A stretch of DNA of 64,000 bases from a virus. Taxonomy: Duplodnaviria > Caudoviricetes. Positions within the stretch are counted from its first letter, which is position 1. Each line of letters begins with the position of its first letter. Location of the stretch: positions 32,001 through 96,000 of IMG/VR virus record IMGVR_UViG_2929701070_000001; one strand, 5' to 3'. Below are positions 38,135 through 48,349 of this stretch, one piece after another. A model generated the notes under the pieces. It was not told where the DNA came from and ran no database searches. It was given only the letters and a program-made list of their open reading frames with translations. A program made the translations under genes and the position numbers.

Positions 38135-38497
38135 GTGGGACGGGAACTCAAGCGGTCCGTGATCATCGGGGAGGTCGTGTACCGGCCCGGTGACACCCCC
38201 ACGGACGAGCACGCCAAGATGATCACCAACCCGCGGGCGTGGGGCGAGGAGGACACCGACGCCACGCAGGCGGCCGTGTCTCCGGGCCCCACCCCGACCG
38301 GGACGACCGCTGGCATCGGCGGTGACCCCACCCCCGGTGACGCGGTGCCGGCGCCGCCGCGGTCCGGGCCGGGATCCGGTGAGGACAAGTGGCGGGCGTG
38401 GGCCGCCAGCCACCCCGAGCTGGAGGTGGAGCCGGACGCGAAGAAGGCGGACATCATCGCCGCCGCCGAGGACGCCGGGCTGCTCGACAAGCAGTAG
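38135..38497 (+). CDS. Small head-associated protein with Lsr2/HeH-like C-terminus
   Basis: ITNPRAW; PPRSGPGSG..KW.AWA...KKADII. Confidence 0.6.
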   Translation: MGRELKRSVIIGEVVYRPGDTPTDEHAKMITNPRAWGEEDTDATQAAVSPGPTPTGTTAGIGGDPTPGDAVPAPPRSGPGSGEDKWRAWAASHPELEVEPDAKKADIIAAAEDAGLLDKQ

Positions 38498-38570
38498 GTC
38501 CACACATGCCGGTGCCCGCCGACCACAACCGGTCGGTGGGCACTGGCCGGCGCCAACCGGGAGGTGATCC

Positions 38571-39029
38571 ATGGCCGAACCTTTCGCGACCCCCGAACAG
38601 GTCGCGGCGGTGTTCCGGCCGCTGACCGCAGCGGAGGCAGCGATCGTCGCGGCGCGGCTTGCTGCGGCGTCGCGGATGCTGCGGGGCCGGTTTCCCGACC
38701 TCGACGCGCGGATCGCCGCAGGCACCCTCGACCCCGATCTGGCGGCGGACGCCGCCGTGGCGATGGTGCTGCGGGTCATCCGCAAACCCGGTGCCCTCGC
38801 CGGCGTCGGAAACCTCAAGGCGGAAGCGACCGGCCCGTTCCGGCGCGACTACTACCCGGACGAGGACGGCGACCTGGACCTCGTCGTCACCGACGCGGAG
38901 GTGGCGCTGCTCACCCCACCGCAGATCCGTGCTCGCCGGCCGGCGGGCACGATCCGCGTGCAGGCCGGGCTCGCCCCAGCACCGCCGTACCAGCGGCGGG
39001 TGGGGGAGAACCATGTTCGCTTCTGGTGA
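38571..39029 (+). CDS. Head-to-tail adaptor
   Basis: FAT.E.V...RPLT..E...DLDARI...MVLRV.R.P. Confidence 0.8.
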   Translation: MAEPFATPEQVAAVFRPLTAAEAAIVAARLAAASRMLRGRFPDLDARIAAGTLDPDLAADAAVAMVLRVIRKPGALAGVGNLKAEATGPFRRDYYPDEDGDLDLVVTDAEVALLTPPQIRARRPAGTIRVQAGLAPAPPYQRRVGENHVRFW

Positions 39030-39342
39030 CACCGAAACCGTCGAGTGGCTGCGCCCGCCCGAAAAGGACCGGTGGGGTGACCCGATCCCCGGCACCGGGC
39101 AGCCGCTGTCGATCCCCGGATGCCTGTTCGCGCCCGGACCCACCGCCGAAAACCTGAACGGCGCCAACCAGACCGAAGCCGACGGAACCCTCTACATCCC
39201 GCCCGACGCCCCGATCAACCCGGCGGACATCACCTCCGCCGGCCAGTTCCGGGTCCGCGGCGACGTGTACGAGGTCATCGGCAAACCGCGGGTGTGGGGT
39301 AACGCCGGTGTGGAGATCGTGCTGCGGATGGTCACCGGCTGA
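39013..39342 (+). CDS. Head-to-tail stopper
   Basis: DRWGDP...GC.FAP...VRG.VYEV.G.P..W...L..VTG. Confidence 0.8.
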   Translation: MFASGDTETVEWLRPPEKDRWGDPIPGTGQPLSIPGCLFAPGPTAENLNGANQTEADGTLYIPPDAPINPADITSAGQFRVRGDVYEVIGKPRVWGNAGVEIVLRMVTG

Positions 39343-39356
39343 CCCGACAAGGGGAG

Positions 39357-39776
39357 GTGACGGTTGTGGCTCGACGCGTCACGCTGCTCAAGTTCAAGCT
39401 GAACAAATCGAGAACAGGCATCAAGGGTCTCGCCGTGGACCCGAGGCTCCAAGCCGCCTGCCGGGACATCGCAGAAACCAGGGCCCGCCCGTACGCGATG
39501 GCCGCCTCACCCGAAGAGTCCGGCTCCTACGCCGCATCGTTCCAGGTGGAGGACATCAAGGTCCACGGCATACCCAAGCGGTGGCCGATGACCCACGCAG
39601 GTGCGGCACTGGTCAACCGCGACAGCGGCGCCACCGCCATCGAAGTCGGCTCGGCGCGGCGCACCCAGTCCGGTGAAATTGTCGCCACCCCCGCCAACTG
39701 GGTGCTGCGCAGAACCCTCGAACATCTGGACGCGCTCAGCGGCCGACGACGTCGACAGCAGAGAGACATCCAGTGA
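39357..39776 (+). CDS. Neck protein (HK97 gp10-like)
   Basis: SP..SG.YA.SF, AIEVG, VLRR.L; position in the neck module. Confidence 0.65.
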   Translation: MTVVARRVTLLKFKLNKSRTGIKGLAVDPRLQAACRDIAETRARPYAMAASPEESGSYAASFQVEDIKVHGIPKRWPMTHAGAALVNRDSGATAIEVGSARRTQSGEIVATPANWVLRRTLEHLDALSGRRRRQQRDIQ

Positions 39777-40180
39777 CCGGCCCGTGGTGGCGGTTCCCCG
39801 ACATGGAGGAAACCCTGGCGGTACTCCTCGAACCGCTGGCCGGCGGTGAACTGCACACCGGCACCGAAACACCCGCCGACCTCGACAAAAGGCTGCCGTT
39901 CATCCGTGTGGTTCGCCCGCCCGGCGGGTTCAGCGACCAGCACACCGAATACGTCACCGTCAACATCGACGTGTTCCACAGCAACTACCGGTCGGGCGCG
40001 AAACCGCTCGCCGAGCGGGTCCGCCAGTTCCTGACCACGCAGAAGCACCGGCTCGGCCCCGCCGTGATCGACACAATCGTGTGCACGTCCGGGCCGGGGG
40101 AGATGCCGTGGGCGCCCGGCATCCGCCGTGTCGGCGCCACCTACCAGACCGTGGCTCGCCGCTACCGGGCCGACACCTGA
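39773..40180 (+). CDS. Tail terminator protein
   Basis: FPDME, LPFIRVVR.PG, V.IDVF; upstream of the tail tube gene. Confidence 0.75.
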   Translation: MTGPWWRFPDMEETLAVLLEPLAGGELHTGTETPADLDKRLPFIRVVRPPGGFSDQHTEYVTVNIDVFHSNYRSGAKPLAERVRQFLTTQKHRLGPAVIDTIVCTSGPGEMPWAPGIRRVGATYQTVARRYRADT

Positions 40181-40203
40181 GCCAAGCCCACCCACCCTCA
40201 CCC

Positions 40204-40226
40204 GCCCCGCATGTCGGGGCTTTTTT
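40204..40226 (+). terminator. Intrinsic terminator
   Basis: GCCCCG-CATGT-CGGGGC followed by TTTTTT. Confidence 0.7.
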
Positions 40227-40256
40227 CATGCCTCGGCACAGAAAGGGCACCCTGCC

Positions 40257-40916
40257 ATGCCGTACTCCGTTCTGCGGGACAAGAAGAACCAGCTGATCCG
40301 CAAGGCCCGGGACCTGTCGGTGTTCATCGCGCCCGAGTCTGCCGACCCGATCACGGCGCTGACCACGGGCGCGACGGCCGACCTGGCGACTCTGCCGACC
40401 GGCTACGGCGACATCGGCTTCACCTCTACCGACGGTGTCGGCGTCACCCGGGAGACCGAGTCGTCGCAGGTCCGCTCGTTCGGGTCGACGGAGCCGACCC
40501 GTGAGGACGTCACCAACGACACCGTCACCCTGAGCGTCACCGCGCAGGAGACGAAGCTGCTGACGATCGGCCTGTACACCGGGGTCGACACCACCAACCT
40601 CAAGGCGGCGTTCACCACCGGCGAGCTCAGCATCGAGAAGCCGAACTTGCCGAACCCCCGCTACTACCGGCTGCTCGCCCTCGCTGTCGATGAGAGCAGC
40701 GACGGCGAAATCTACATCGCGCAGGTGATGCCCCGCGCCCGCATCACCGAGTTCGGCGAGCAGACCTTCGGTGAGGGCGACGACCCGATCTCCTACCCGC
40801 TGACCTTCACGGCCTTCCGCGACAGCGCCCTCGGCTACAGCCACCGCTGGATCTTCGGTGGGCCGGGCTGGCTCGCCCTTCTGGCCGACATGGAGATCAC
40901 GCAGGCCACCAGCTGA
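40257..40916 (+). CDS. Major tail (tube) protein
   Basis: LIRKA, LP.GY.DIG..S.DG, EPTREDV, D...GYSH.WIFGGPGW. Confidence 0.85.
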   Translation: MPYSVLRDKKNQLIRKARDLSVFIAPESADPITALTTGATADLATLPTGYGDIGFTSTDGVGVTRETESSQVRSFGSTEPTREDVTNDTVTLSVTAQETKLLTIGLYTGVDTTNLKAAFTTGELSIEKPNLPNPRYYRLLALAVDESSDGEIYIAQVMPRARITEFGEQTFGEGDDPISYPLTFTAFRDSALGYSHRWIFGGPGWLALLADMEITQATS

Positions 40917-41023
40917 CGCCGCTGGCGTCTCTTGAACGGCCGGGGCGGCGCCTTTGGGTGGGCTCGCCGCCCCGGCTCAACCTTCCCAGCTCACCCGCAC
41001 CGCCCGCGTGAAGGAGCACACCG

Positions 41024-41221
41024 ATGGCCGTCAGCGAGCCGATCGCCACGTTCACCCGTAACCACCCGACCACCGGCAGGAAGCAGGAGCGAGTCGCGTA
41101 CACGCCTGACGAGGTCGTCAACCTGCGTGCCGACGGCTGGGTCGAGAAGACCACCCGCGGCAGCTCGGGTGGCACCGGCTCGTCCGGCAGCCGCTCGTCC
41201 AGCAGCACCAGCAACTCGTAA
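41024..41221 (+). CDS. Small hypothetical protein
   Basis: SD GAAGGAG; V.LRADGW.E then a Ser/Gly tail. Confidence 0.5.
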   Translation: MAVSEPIATFTRNHPTTGRKQERVAYTPDEVVNLRADGWVEKTTRGSSGGTGSSGSRSSSSTSNS

Positions 41222-41251
41222 CCCACGCCACCAGACAAGGAGCCCACCCGC

Positions 41252-42072
41252 ATGAGCACCACCACACGTGCTGCCCGTGGCAGCAAGGCCGCCTCCCGTG
41301 CTGCGGAGAAGCCATCGACCAACCCGGCGACCGAGGACGTGTCGCTGGACCTGGACAGCCTGGAGCGTGAGGATCCCCAGGACCCGTTCACGTTCCGGCT
41401 CAAGGGGCACACGTACACGATCGCCGACCCGAAGGAACTGGACTGGCAGAAACAGCTGCGAGCCTTCGGTGACCCGGTCTACTTCCTGCGGCACGCCATG
41501 TCCGCCGAGGACGTGGAGAAGTTCTTCAACACCGAGCTTCCCGGATGGAAGATGGAAGCGGTAATGAAGGCGTACTGGAAGCACTTCGGGTTGCCCGACC
41601 TGGGGGAACTCGCCGGCTCGCCCACCTGATCTCCAGGTACGGGCGGGCCATCGAGCGTGACCTGCAACGCATCTACCACCTTGACCTGGGCACCGAGTGG
41701 CGTGCCCGCAGGTGGCGGAAGCTACTCAACCTGATCGACGGGCTGCCCCGCGACTCCGCGTTCGTGGAAGCCCTCACGTCCGACGAGCAGTGGGCACGGT
41801 CGGTGCTGGACAACCCGCCGCCGGAGAACCAGCCGGCCCGTCGCATGTCGGAGTGGTCGCCGCAGCTGGAAATGCTCACGAACCTGTACGACGCGGTGCG
41901 GGAGAACACGCGTGCGGTGATCGCGTCGGCGGGCGGAAAGCCGGGGAAGGTGCTTCCGGCGCCGCGGCCGGTGACCGCGTTGGAGCGTGCCCGGCGGGCG
42001 CGGCGGTGGGAGAAGCACCGGTCGGTGGTGGCGCGGGTGTTGCCGCATCGGGCCGAGCACAACCCTGCGTAG
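41252..42072 (+). CDS. Tail assembly chaperones G/GT with programmed -1 frameshift
   Basis: ORF 41252-41629; slippery G-GGG-GAA at 41602-41608 shifts into the -1 frame ending at 42072; directly upstream of tape measure. Confidence 0.85.
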
Positions 42073-42117
42073 GCGTTCGCGCGCCACACCAGCCAGCACT
42101 GATGATCGGGGGTTGGT

Positions 42118-45100
42118 GTGGCGCAGCGGGTCGGGTACGAGGCGGGCACCGCGTGGTTGCAGGTCCTTCCTTCATTCGAGGACATCGATGCGGAGATTAA
42201 GAAGGGTCTCCGTAAGGCCGTCGATGAGCTGAACAAGGGCTTGTCCGACGCCCTGCCCGACGGTGTGAAGGCCAGCGCGAAGGCCACCGAGCGGGCCGCC
42301 GCGCAGGTCGGCGAGTCTGCCGGTGAGGTGGCGGGGGAGAAGGCTGGGGAGAAGTTCGCCGGCCATTTCGCCGACACGCTGAACCGGCGGCTGCGCAACG
42401 CGTTCCGGGCGCTGCCCGAGGTGATCATCGACGCGGATTCGTCGGAGTTCGACAGGGCTGTGGCGAAGGTCCGCAAGGACATCGAGACGCTGCGCGGCAA
42501 GAAGATCGGCGTCGACATCACCCCGGCGCAGGCCATCGATGAGTCGCGGGGCTTGTCGGATCGGCTGCGGGGTTTGCGTGCCCAGGCGCCGGCTGATGAC
42601 CGTCTGCGGGTGGATCTGTCGCAGGCCGCCGACGAGGTCGACGCGTGGGTGGCGGTTGCCCGCGCGGGCGGCGAGGAGTTGGCGCGGGAGGCGAAGCGGG
42701 CCGCCGACGAGTGGAACCGCATTCACCAGGCGGCGTTGGATGAGAACCTGCGGCGGGAGCGGAAGGCCGTTGAGGAACGTAACCGGCTGCACGCCCACGC
42801 CCTTGACGAGGATCTGCGCCGCTCGTACCTGATCGTGCAGGAGCAGGCCCGCATCCACCAGCAGGCCATCGATGAAGACCAGCGCCGCGACTGGCAGGCG
42901 GGTGTGGCCCGCCGCAAGCTGCACGAGCAGGCGCTGGAGGAGGATCTGCGCCGCGACTGGCAGGCGCAGCAGGCGTTCGGGAAGCTGCACGAGCAGGCGA
43001 TCCGGGAGAACGGCCTGCGGGAAGTCAAGGCCCGCCGGGAGCTCACGAAGCTGCACGAGCAGGCCATCGCCGAGGACTACCAGCGGCAGCGCAAGGCCGT
43101 GCAGGACGCTGCCCGCCTTGCCGAGCAGGAGTTCGGCCGCACGTTCGCCGGGAAGATCCAGGCGGACCTGACCCGGGCGTTGCAGGCGCTGCCGGACATC
43201 GGTACCCGCCCTGCGCGGGATGCCGCCGAGCAGATGGTCAAGGAGATCCGCGGCCGGCTGGAGACGCTGCGGGGGCAGCGGCTCGGTATCGACGTGGACG
43301 CCGGCAGGGCGCTGGCGGAGATCGCCCAGTTGCAGGCGCAGCTGGTGAAGCTGGCGAACACCAGCCCCGACGTTGAGGTGAGGGCGGAGACCACGGCGGC
43401 GGCTGCCCGCCTGGCGGCGGTGGAACGCATCGCTGACCGGCTCGACGGACGCAACCTCAACATCGAGATCAACGCGGACGCATCCGCTGTCGACAGCATC
43501 GGCAGGGCCGCAAACTTTAGCCTGTCGCGGCTGGAGTCGCTGACGTTCGTCGGCCTGTCGCTGGGCACCACCCTCATTCCGGCGGCCGGCGCGGTCGCCT
43601 CCGCGATCGGGTTCATCGGTACTGCCGCCGTATCGTCGGCGGCTGGTATCGGTGTGCTCGCGCTCGGCTTCTCCGGCATCGGCGAGGCGGTGAAGGCCCT
43701 CAACGGCTACCAGCAGGACGCACAGAAGTCCGCCATCGCTGTCGCCGCGGCGCAGGACCGTGTCACCTCGGCGACGGAGGCGGTGACGTCGGCGAACATG
43801 TCGCTGGCGAACACCCGCGCGTCGGCGGCGTCGGCCGCGCGGCGGGCGGCGCAGCAGGTCGCCGACGCCGAGCGTGGCGTCGCGGACGCCCGACGTGCCG
43901 CCGCGGAGGCGGTGCGGTCCGCTGCCGGCCGGGTGATGGACGCCGAGCGGGACCTTGCCCGCGCCAGCGTGGACGCCCGGGAGGCACGGGAGGGGTTGAC
44001 GCGCGCCTACCGGGACGCCGTCGATGCTCTCGCCGACCTCAACTCGTCGGTGAAACGCAACGCCCTCGACCAGCGGCAGGCCACCCTCGACCTCAAGGAG
44101 GCGCGGGAGGAACTGAACCGGACGCTGACGAACCCGCGGGCGACCCGCGAGGAACGTGAGCAGGCGCAGATCACCTACGAGCGTCGTCTCCAGCAGATCG
44201 AAGACCTCAAGCGTGAGGGCAAGAACCTTGCCGTGCAGCAGGCCGACGCCAACAAGAAGGGTGTGCAGGGTTCCGACCAGGTAGTGGCGGCGCGCCGGCG
44301 TGTCGCGGACGCGGACCAGCGGGTCGCGGACGCGCAGTCCCGGCTGGCGGATGCGCAGCAGGCGGTGGTGCGGGCGCAGGTCGACGGCGCCCGCCGGGTC
44401 GCCGACGCGCAGCGGCGGGTGTCGGATGCGCACGCGGCGCAGGCCGACCAGCAGCGGCAGTCGGCGTTCCAGATCGCCCAGGCGCAGCAGGGTGTGGTGG
44501 CGGCGCAGCGGCAGCTTCGGCAGGCGTACGACAAGACTGGTGTGGCCGGCGGCGCCGCCTTGGAGAAGCTGAACGAGGCGATGGCGAATCTGACCCCGAC
44601 GGGTCGGCGCTTCGCCAGGTTCATCTTCGGGTTGAAGGACGAGTTCGACGGGCTGCGGGCCACCGCAGCGGACAACCTGCTGCCTGGGGTGCAGTCCTCC
44701 ATCGAGGATCTTCTGCCGCTTCTGCCCGGCTTCCGCGACTACGTGGGGCGGGTCGCGTTCGCGATCGGCGGCATGTTCCAGGAGACCTCCCGGTTCCTGC
44801 GGGTCGATCCGACGTGGCGGAAGTTCTTCGGCCACGTTGACGGGGAGACCGTGCCGACGCTGGAGCGGCTGTACCGCATCGGCCGGAACACGGCGACGGG
44901 GCTGCTCGGCCTGTACATGGCGTTTACCGGCTTCAACGGTGACGTCGGTGGCGGGCTGGAACGGCTGACCGAGAACTTCGCCCGGTGGTCGGCGGACCTG
45001 GAGAACAACCAGGGCTTCCAGAAGATGCTCGGCTACATCCGGGAGAACGGCCCGGCGGTCGTGGACCTGCTCGGCGAGATGGTCGTGTTCGTGGCCCGGT

Positions 45101-47355
45101 TCGTGCAGGCCGCCGCGCCGATCGGTGCGTTCCTGGTGGGCATGTTCGAGAACCTTTTCTCGGTCATCAACTCGTTCCCGATGCCGGTGCTGCAAGGCAT
45201 CGTCCTGTCCCTGGCGTTGATCGCGGCGGGCATCCTCGCCGTGAACACCGCTTCCCGTATCGCCGCGCTCACCACCGGCACGTGGTCACGGCTGTCCGGG
45301 GTCATCGACACGGTGGGCGGGGCCATGGACCGGGCGCGGGACAGGTCGGAGCGGTTCGGCCGCGGCATGTCCCGGGCCAGGTCCGCGGGGCTGACCATGC
45401 GGGACGGGCTCGCGTCGGTGGGCACGTTCCTCGCCGGTCCGTGGGGTGTCGCTCTCGGCGGCGCTGCCTTGGCTGTTGGCTACTTCGCGCAGAAGTCCGC
45501 CGAGCAGAAGCAGAAGGTCACGGACCTGGCGGACGCGTTGAAGCTGCTCGGAGACGCCTACAAGCAGACCCGCAGCGTGTCGTCGTCGGCGGTTCGGGAT
45601 GTGGTCGCCCAGTCCGAAGAACTCCAGAAGCTGATCAACGACTCCAAGTTGTATGGGCTGGCGGTGGAGGACATCGCCCGCGCGGCTGCCGGGGAGCGGG
45701 CTGCGCAGAGTGCAGTGATTTCGGCGCTTGAGGCGAAGAAAGAGGCGTTGCGTCAGGCAACCACAGCGCAGATCGAGAACGGTGCTGAGGCGTCTTTCGC
45801 GGTGCACGAGCTCGATCAGCAAGAGGCGGCCATCAACACCCTCATCGCCGCGTTGGAGAAGCAGTTCGGTCGAACCAACATGGCCACCAACGCGCAGAAG
45901 GCGCTCGATCAGGCGCAGCGTTCCTCGGTGGCCGCTGCCACACCGGCGCAGATCGCGCAGGAGAAGGTCGGCGAGGCCATGAAGGTGCTCGCCGACCGCA
46001 CGGCGACGGCCGCGGACAAGGCCAATGCGTTGAAGATGGCGCAGGACGCCTTGTCGGGGGCGGCTAAGTCGCAGGTGGAGGCGGAGGAAGCCTATGAGGC
46101 GGCCGTCGACAACGTGGCCGGGGCGTTGACGAAGAAGAACAACAGCCTCAACAAGGGCACGGCGGCGGGGCGTGCGAACCGGGACGCGGTGCAGGCTCTG
46201 CTGGAGTCGTCGGTGGAGATGTACAACGCCGACATCGCCGCCGGTAAGAGTGTGGAGGAAGCGACCCGGCTGCATGAGTTGCGGGTCAAGGCGCTGCGGG
46301 ATGAAGCTGCGAAGGTCGGCGCGAACACGGTCGAAACCGAGAAGCTGATCGCGACGTACGGGAAGATCCCCACGGACATCGAGACGCTGCTCAAGCTGAC
46401 CGGCAACGTGGAGGTCGACAAGCAGCTCGCCCACATGGCGATCCAGCAGAAGGCGTTGGACAAGAACATCTCGTACGCGGAGTCGAAGCGGCTGTACGAG
46501 AAGGACAAGCGCCTCGCCATGATGGCCTCCGGTGGCCTGGTGCACGGTCCGGGCACCTCCACCTCGGATTCCATCCCGGCGATGCTGTCGCGCCGGGAGT
46601 TCGTGGAGCCAGCGGCCACAGTCGACTACTACGGCGTCCCGTTTTTCGAGGCGTTGCGCCGTAGGCGCATCCCGAAGGAGGCGCTGCCGGGGTTCAAGCG
46701 CGGCGGCTTGGTGGACTGGCCGTTCAACGTCAACGTTGCTGACACGTACATCCCCAAAGCTGACGTGGTGCCAGCGCGGACCGCTGGTGGGATCGGCTCG
46801 GCGGACATGATGAAGATCCTCCGCCGGGTGTTCCCAGGTTTGGCGTTGCTGTCCGGCTATCGGCCGGGCTCGCGCACCAACTCAGGGTCGCTGTCCTATC
46901 ACGGGCGCATCGCGAAGGACGGCGACAAGGGCCGGGCAGTGGACGTGCCGCCGCGCATGGACGTGTTCAACTGGCTGACCCGGAACTACCCGGACAGCCG
47001 GGAGATCATCTACACGCCGGCGGGTGGGCGGCAGGTGTGGAATGGCCGCCCCCACGTTTTCCAGGACCCGTTCGTGCGTCGCACGCACTACAACCACGTG
47101 CACTGGGCGTACGACGAGGGCGGCTACCTGCCGCCCGGGGTGTCCACGGTGTTCAACGGCACAGGCAAGCCGGAGCCGGTGTTCACCGACGGGCAGTGGG
47201 CTGATCTCAGCGCGTTGGTTCGCAACAACCACGCCGAGCCCCGCGGCGGCGAAACACACCACTGGCATTTCAAAGAGGCGGCGTTGGATCACGGCCGGTT
47301 GCAGGCGTGGGCCGACCGCCGTGACGCGCTCGCCAGGGCGGGCCGCAGGTCGTAA
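42118..47355 (+). CDS. Tape measure protein with C-terminal M15-like peptidoglycan peptidase domain
   Basis: 1745 aa, helical; AG.AW.QV.P N-terminus; SYH...GRAVD...EIIY...HYNHVH. Confidence 0.9.
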   Translation: MAQRVGYEAGTAWLQVLPSFEDIDAEIKKGLRKAVDELNKGLSDALPDGVKASAKATERAAAQVGESAGEVAGEKAGEKFAGHFADTLNRRLRNAFRALPEVIIDADSSEFDRAVAKVRKDIETLRGKKIGVDITPAQAIDESRGLSDRLRGLRAQAPADDRLRVDLSQAADEVDAWVAVARAGGEELAREAKRAADEWNRIHQAALDENLRRERKAVEERNRLHAHALDEDLRRSYLIVQEQARIHQQAIDEDQRRDWQAGVARRKLHEQALEEDLRRDWQAQQAFGKLHEQAIRENGLREVKARRELTKLHEQAIAEDYQRQRKAVQDAARLAEQEFGRTFAGKIQADLTRALQALPDIGTRPARDAAEQMVKEIRGRLETLRGQRLGIDVDAGRALAEIAQLQAQLVKLANTSPDVEVRAETTAAAARLAAVERIADRLDGRNLNIEINADASAVDSIGRAANFSLSRLESLTFVGLSLGTTLIPAAGAVASAIGFIGTAAVSSAAGIGVLALGFSGIGEAVKALNGYQQDAQKSAIAVAAAQDRVTSATEAVTSANMSLANTRASAASAARRAAQQVADAERGVADARRAAAEAVRSAAGRVMDAERDLARASVDAREAREGLTRAYRDAVDALADLNSSVKRNALDQRQATLDLKEAREELNRTLTNPRATREEREQAQITYERRLQQIEDLKREGKNLAVQQADANKKGVQGSDQVVAARRRVADADQRVADAQSRLADAQQAVVRAQVDGARRVADAQRRVSDAHAAQADQQRQSAFQIAQAQQGVVAAQRQLRQAYDKTGVAGGAALEKLNEAMANLTPTGRRFARFIFGLKDEFDGLRATAADNLLPGVQSSIEDLLPLLPGFRDYVGRVAFAIGGMFQETSRFLRVDPTWRKFFGHVDGETVPTLERLYRIGRNTATGLLGLYMAFTGFNGDVGGGLERLTENFARWSADLENNQGFQKMLGYIRENGPAVVDLLGEMVVFVARFVQAAAPIGAFLVGMFENLFSVINSFPMPVLQGIVLSLALIAAGILAVNTASRIAALTTGTWSRLSGVIDTVGGAMDRARDRSERFGRGMSRARSAGLTMRDGLASVGTFLAGPWGVALGGAALAVGYFAQKSAEQKQKVTDLADALKLLGDAYKQTRSVSSSAVRDVVAQSEELQKLINDSKLYGLAVEDIARAAAGERAAQSAVISALEAKKEALRQATTAQIENGAEASFAVHELDQQEAAINTLIAALEKQFGRTNMATNAQKALDQAQRSSVAAATPAQIAQEKVGEAMKVLADRTATAADKANALKMAQDALSGAAKSQVEAEEAYEAAVDNVAGALTKKNNSLNKGTAAGRANRDAVQALLESSVEMYNADIAAGKSVEEATRLHELRVKALRDEAAKVGANTVETEKLIATYGKIPTDIETLLKLTGNVEVDKQLAHMAIQQKALDKNISYAESKRLYEKDKRLAMMASGGLVHGPGTSTSDSIPAMLSRREFVEPAATVDYYGVPFFEALRRRRIPKEALPGFKRGGLVDWPFNVNVADTYIPKADVVPARTAGGIGSADMMKILRRVFPGLALLSGYRPGSRTNSGSLSYHGRIAKDGDKGRAVDVPPRMDVFNWLTRNYPDSREIIYTPAGGRQVWNGRPHVFQDPFVRRTHYNHVHWAYDEGGYLPPGVSTVFNGTGKPEPVFTDGQWADLSALVRNNHAEPRGGETHHWHFKEAALDHGRLQAWADRRDALARAGRRS

Positions 47356-47383
47356 ACCGAATAAGGGCTGATGGGGGTGGGGC

Positions 47384-48346
47384 ATGCCGCTCGCAGTTGG
47401 TGTTCTCACCCCCACCACCCCGACACCCACCCCCACCGACCCGGGTCCGATCGTCCCCACCGTCCCCGAGGTGGGGACGATGCGGGCCACGTGGACCGAC
47501 CCCGACGGTGGTGTGTGGGAGTTGACCGGCCCGCACGAGCTGCACGGCTGGCTGACCACGCAGGGCATCGGCGGGTGGGGGGCGACACCCCGCACGTTCG
47601 TGGTCGACCCGCTGGCTCGTGGTGGGGTGTCGGTGCGGCACATCCGCACCGAGCCGCGGCGCATCACGTGGCCGCTGAACGTGTACGGCAGCACCTATCT
47701 GGAGTTCATGACCCGGTACCGGGGTTTGATGCGGGCGTTCATGTTGACCGCGCAGACCGGGCGGCCCGGGGTGCTCACCGTGTACTTGCCCGACGGGTCG
47801 GGCCGCAGCATCGAAGCGTTCTGTGAGGAAGGCTGGGCGGGTCAGCCGGGCGAGAACCACACGTTCGCGAACCCGGTGTTGACGCTGCTGTGCCCGGACG
47901 GGTATTGGCGTGACATCCAGCCGCGGGTGGTGACCCGCCAGTACCAGGAGAACACCGGCCCGTTCTTGGCCCCCTACATGCGGGTGTCGTCGGGGCAGGT
48001 GCTCGGTGACACCACCATCACCAACCCGGGTGACGTGCCCGGCTGGCCGCTGTGGACGATCACCGGTCCGGCGACGTCAGTGACCGCCACCAACAACACC
48101 ACCGGTGCCGCGTTCACCCTCACGTTCACTCTCGCCGTCGGCGAGCAGGTCACCATCGACACCTCCAGCCACCGGCCCACCGTGCGCGGCCCCGCCGGGC
48201 AGAACCTGGTGGGTGCCTTGAACTGGCCGGGCGCTGACCTGTGGGCGTTGGCGCCGGGCGTCAACAACGTCAACTTCTCGGTCGACGGCGCCGACGCCGG
48301 CACCACCATCGAGATGCGCTACCACCCCCGATACGAGGCCGCATAG
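47384..48346 (+). CDS. Distal tail (Dit-like) protein
   Basis: Follows tape measure; C.D.YW, NPGDV.GWP.W.I.GP, L.PG.N. Confidence 0.8.
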   Translation: MPLAVGVLTPTTPTPTPTDPGPIVPTVPEVGTMRATWTDPDGGVWELTGPHELHGWLTTQGIGGWGATPRTFVVDPLARGGVSVRHIRTEPRRITWPLNVYGSTYLEFMTRYRGLMRAFMLTAQTGRPGVLTVYLPDGSGRSIEAFCEEGWAGQPGENHTFANPVLTLLCPDGYWRDIQPRVVTRQYQENTGPFLAPYMRVSSGQVLGDTTITNPGDVPGWPLWTITGPATSVTATNNTTGAAFTLTFTLAVGEQVTIDTSSHRPTVRGPAGQNLVGALNWPGADLWALAPGVNNVNFSVDGADAGTTIEMRYHPRYEAA

Positions 48347-48349
48347 CCG

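Noticed and set aside
41602-41608. Frameshift in tail chaperone genes as a novelty
   Set aside because: Canonical -1 G/GT frameshift of long-tailed phages
42700-43110. Repeats in the tape measure gene (LHEQA..ED.RR)
   Set aside because: Ordinary helical TMP repeats
42172-45195. Long antisense ORFs (1007 aa here; also 11839-13458, 16545-18737, 29988-31829, 35712-37706, 51141-53234, 61059-63182)
   Set aside because: Shadow ORFs expected in very GC-rich DNA; low-complexity Arg/Pro/Gly translations opposite well-supported genes
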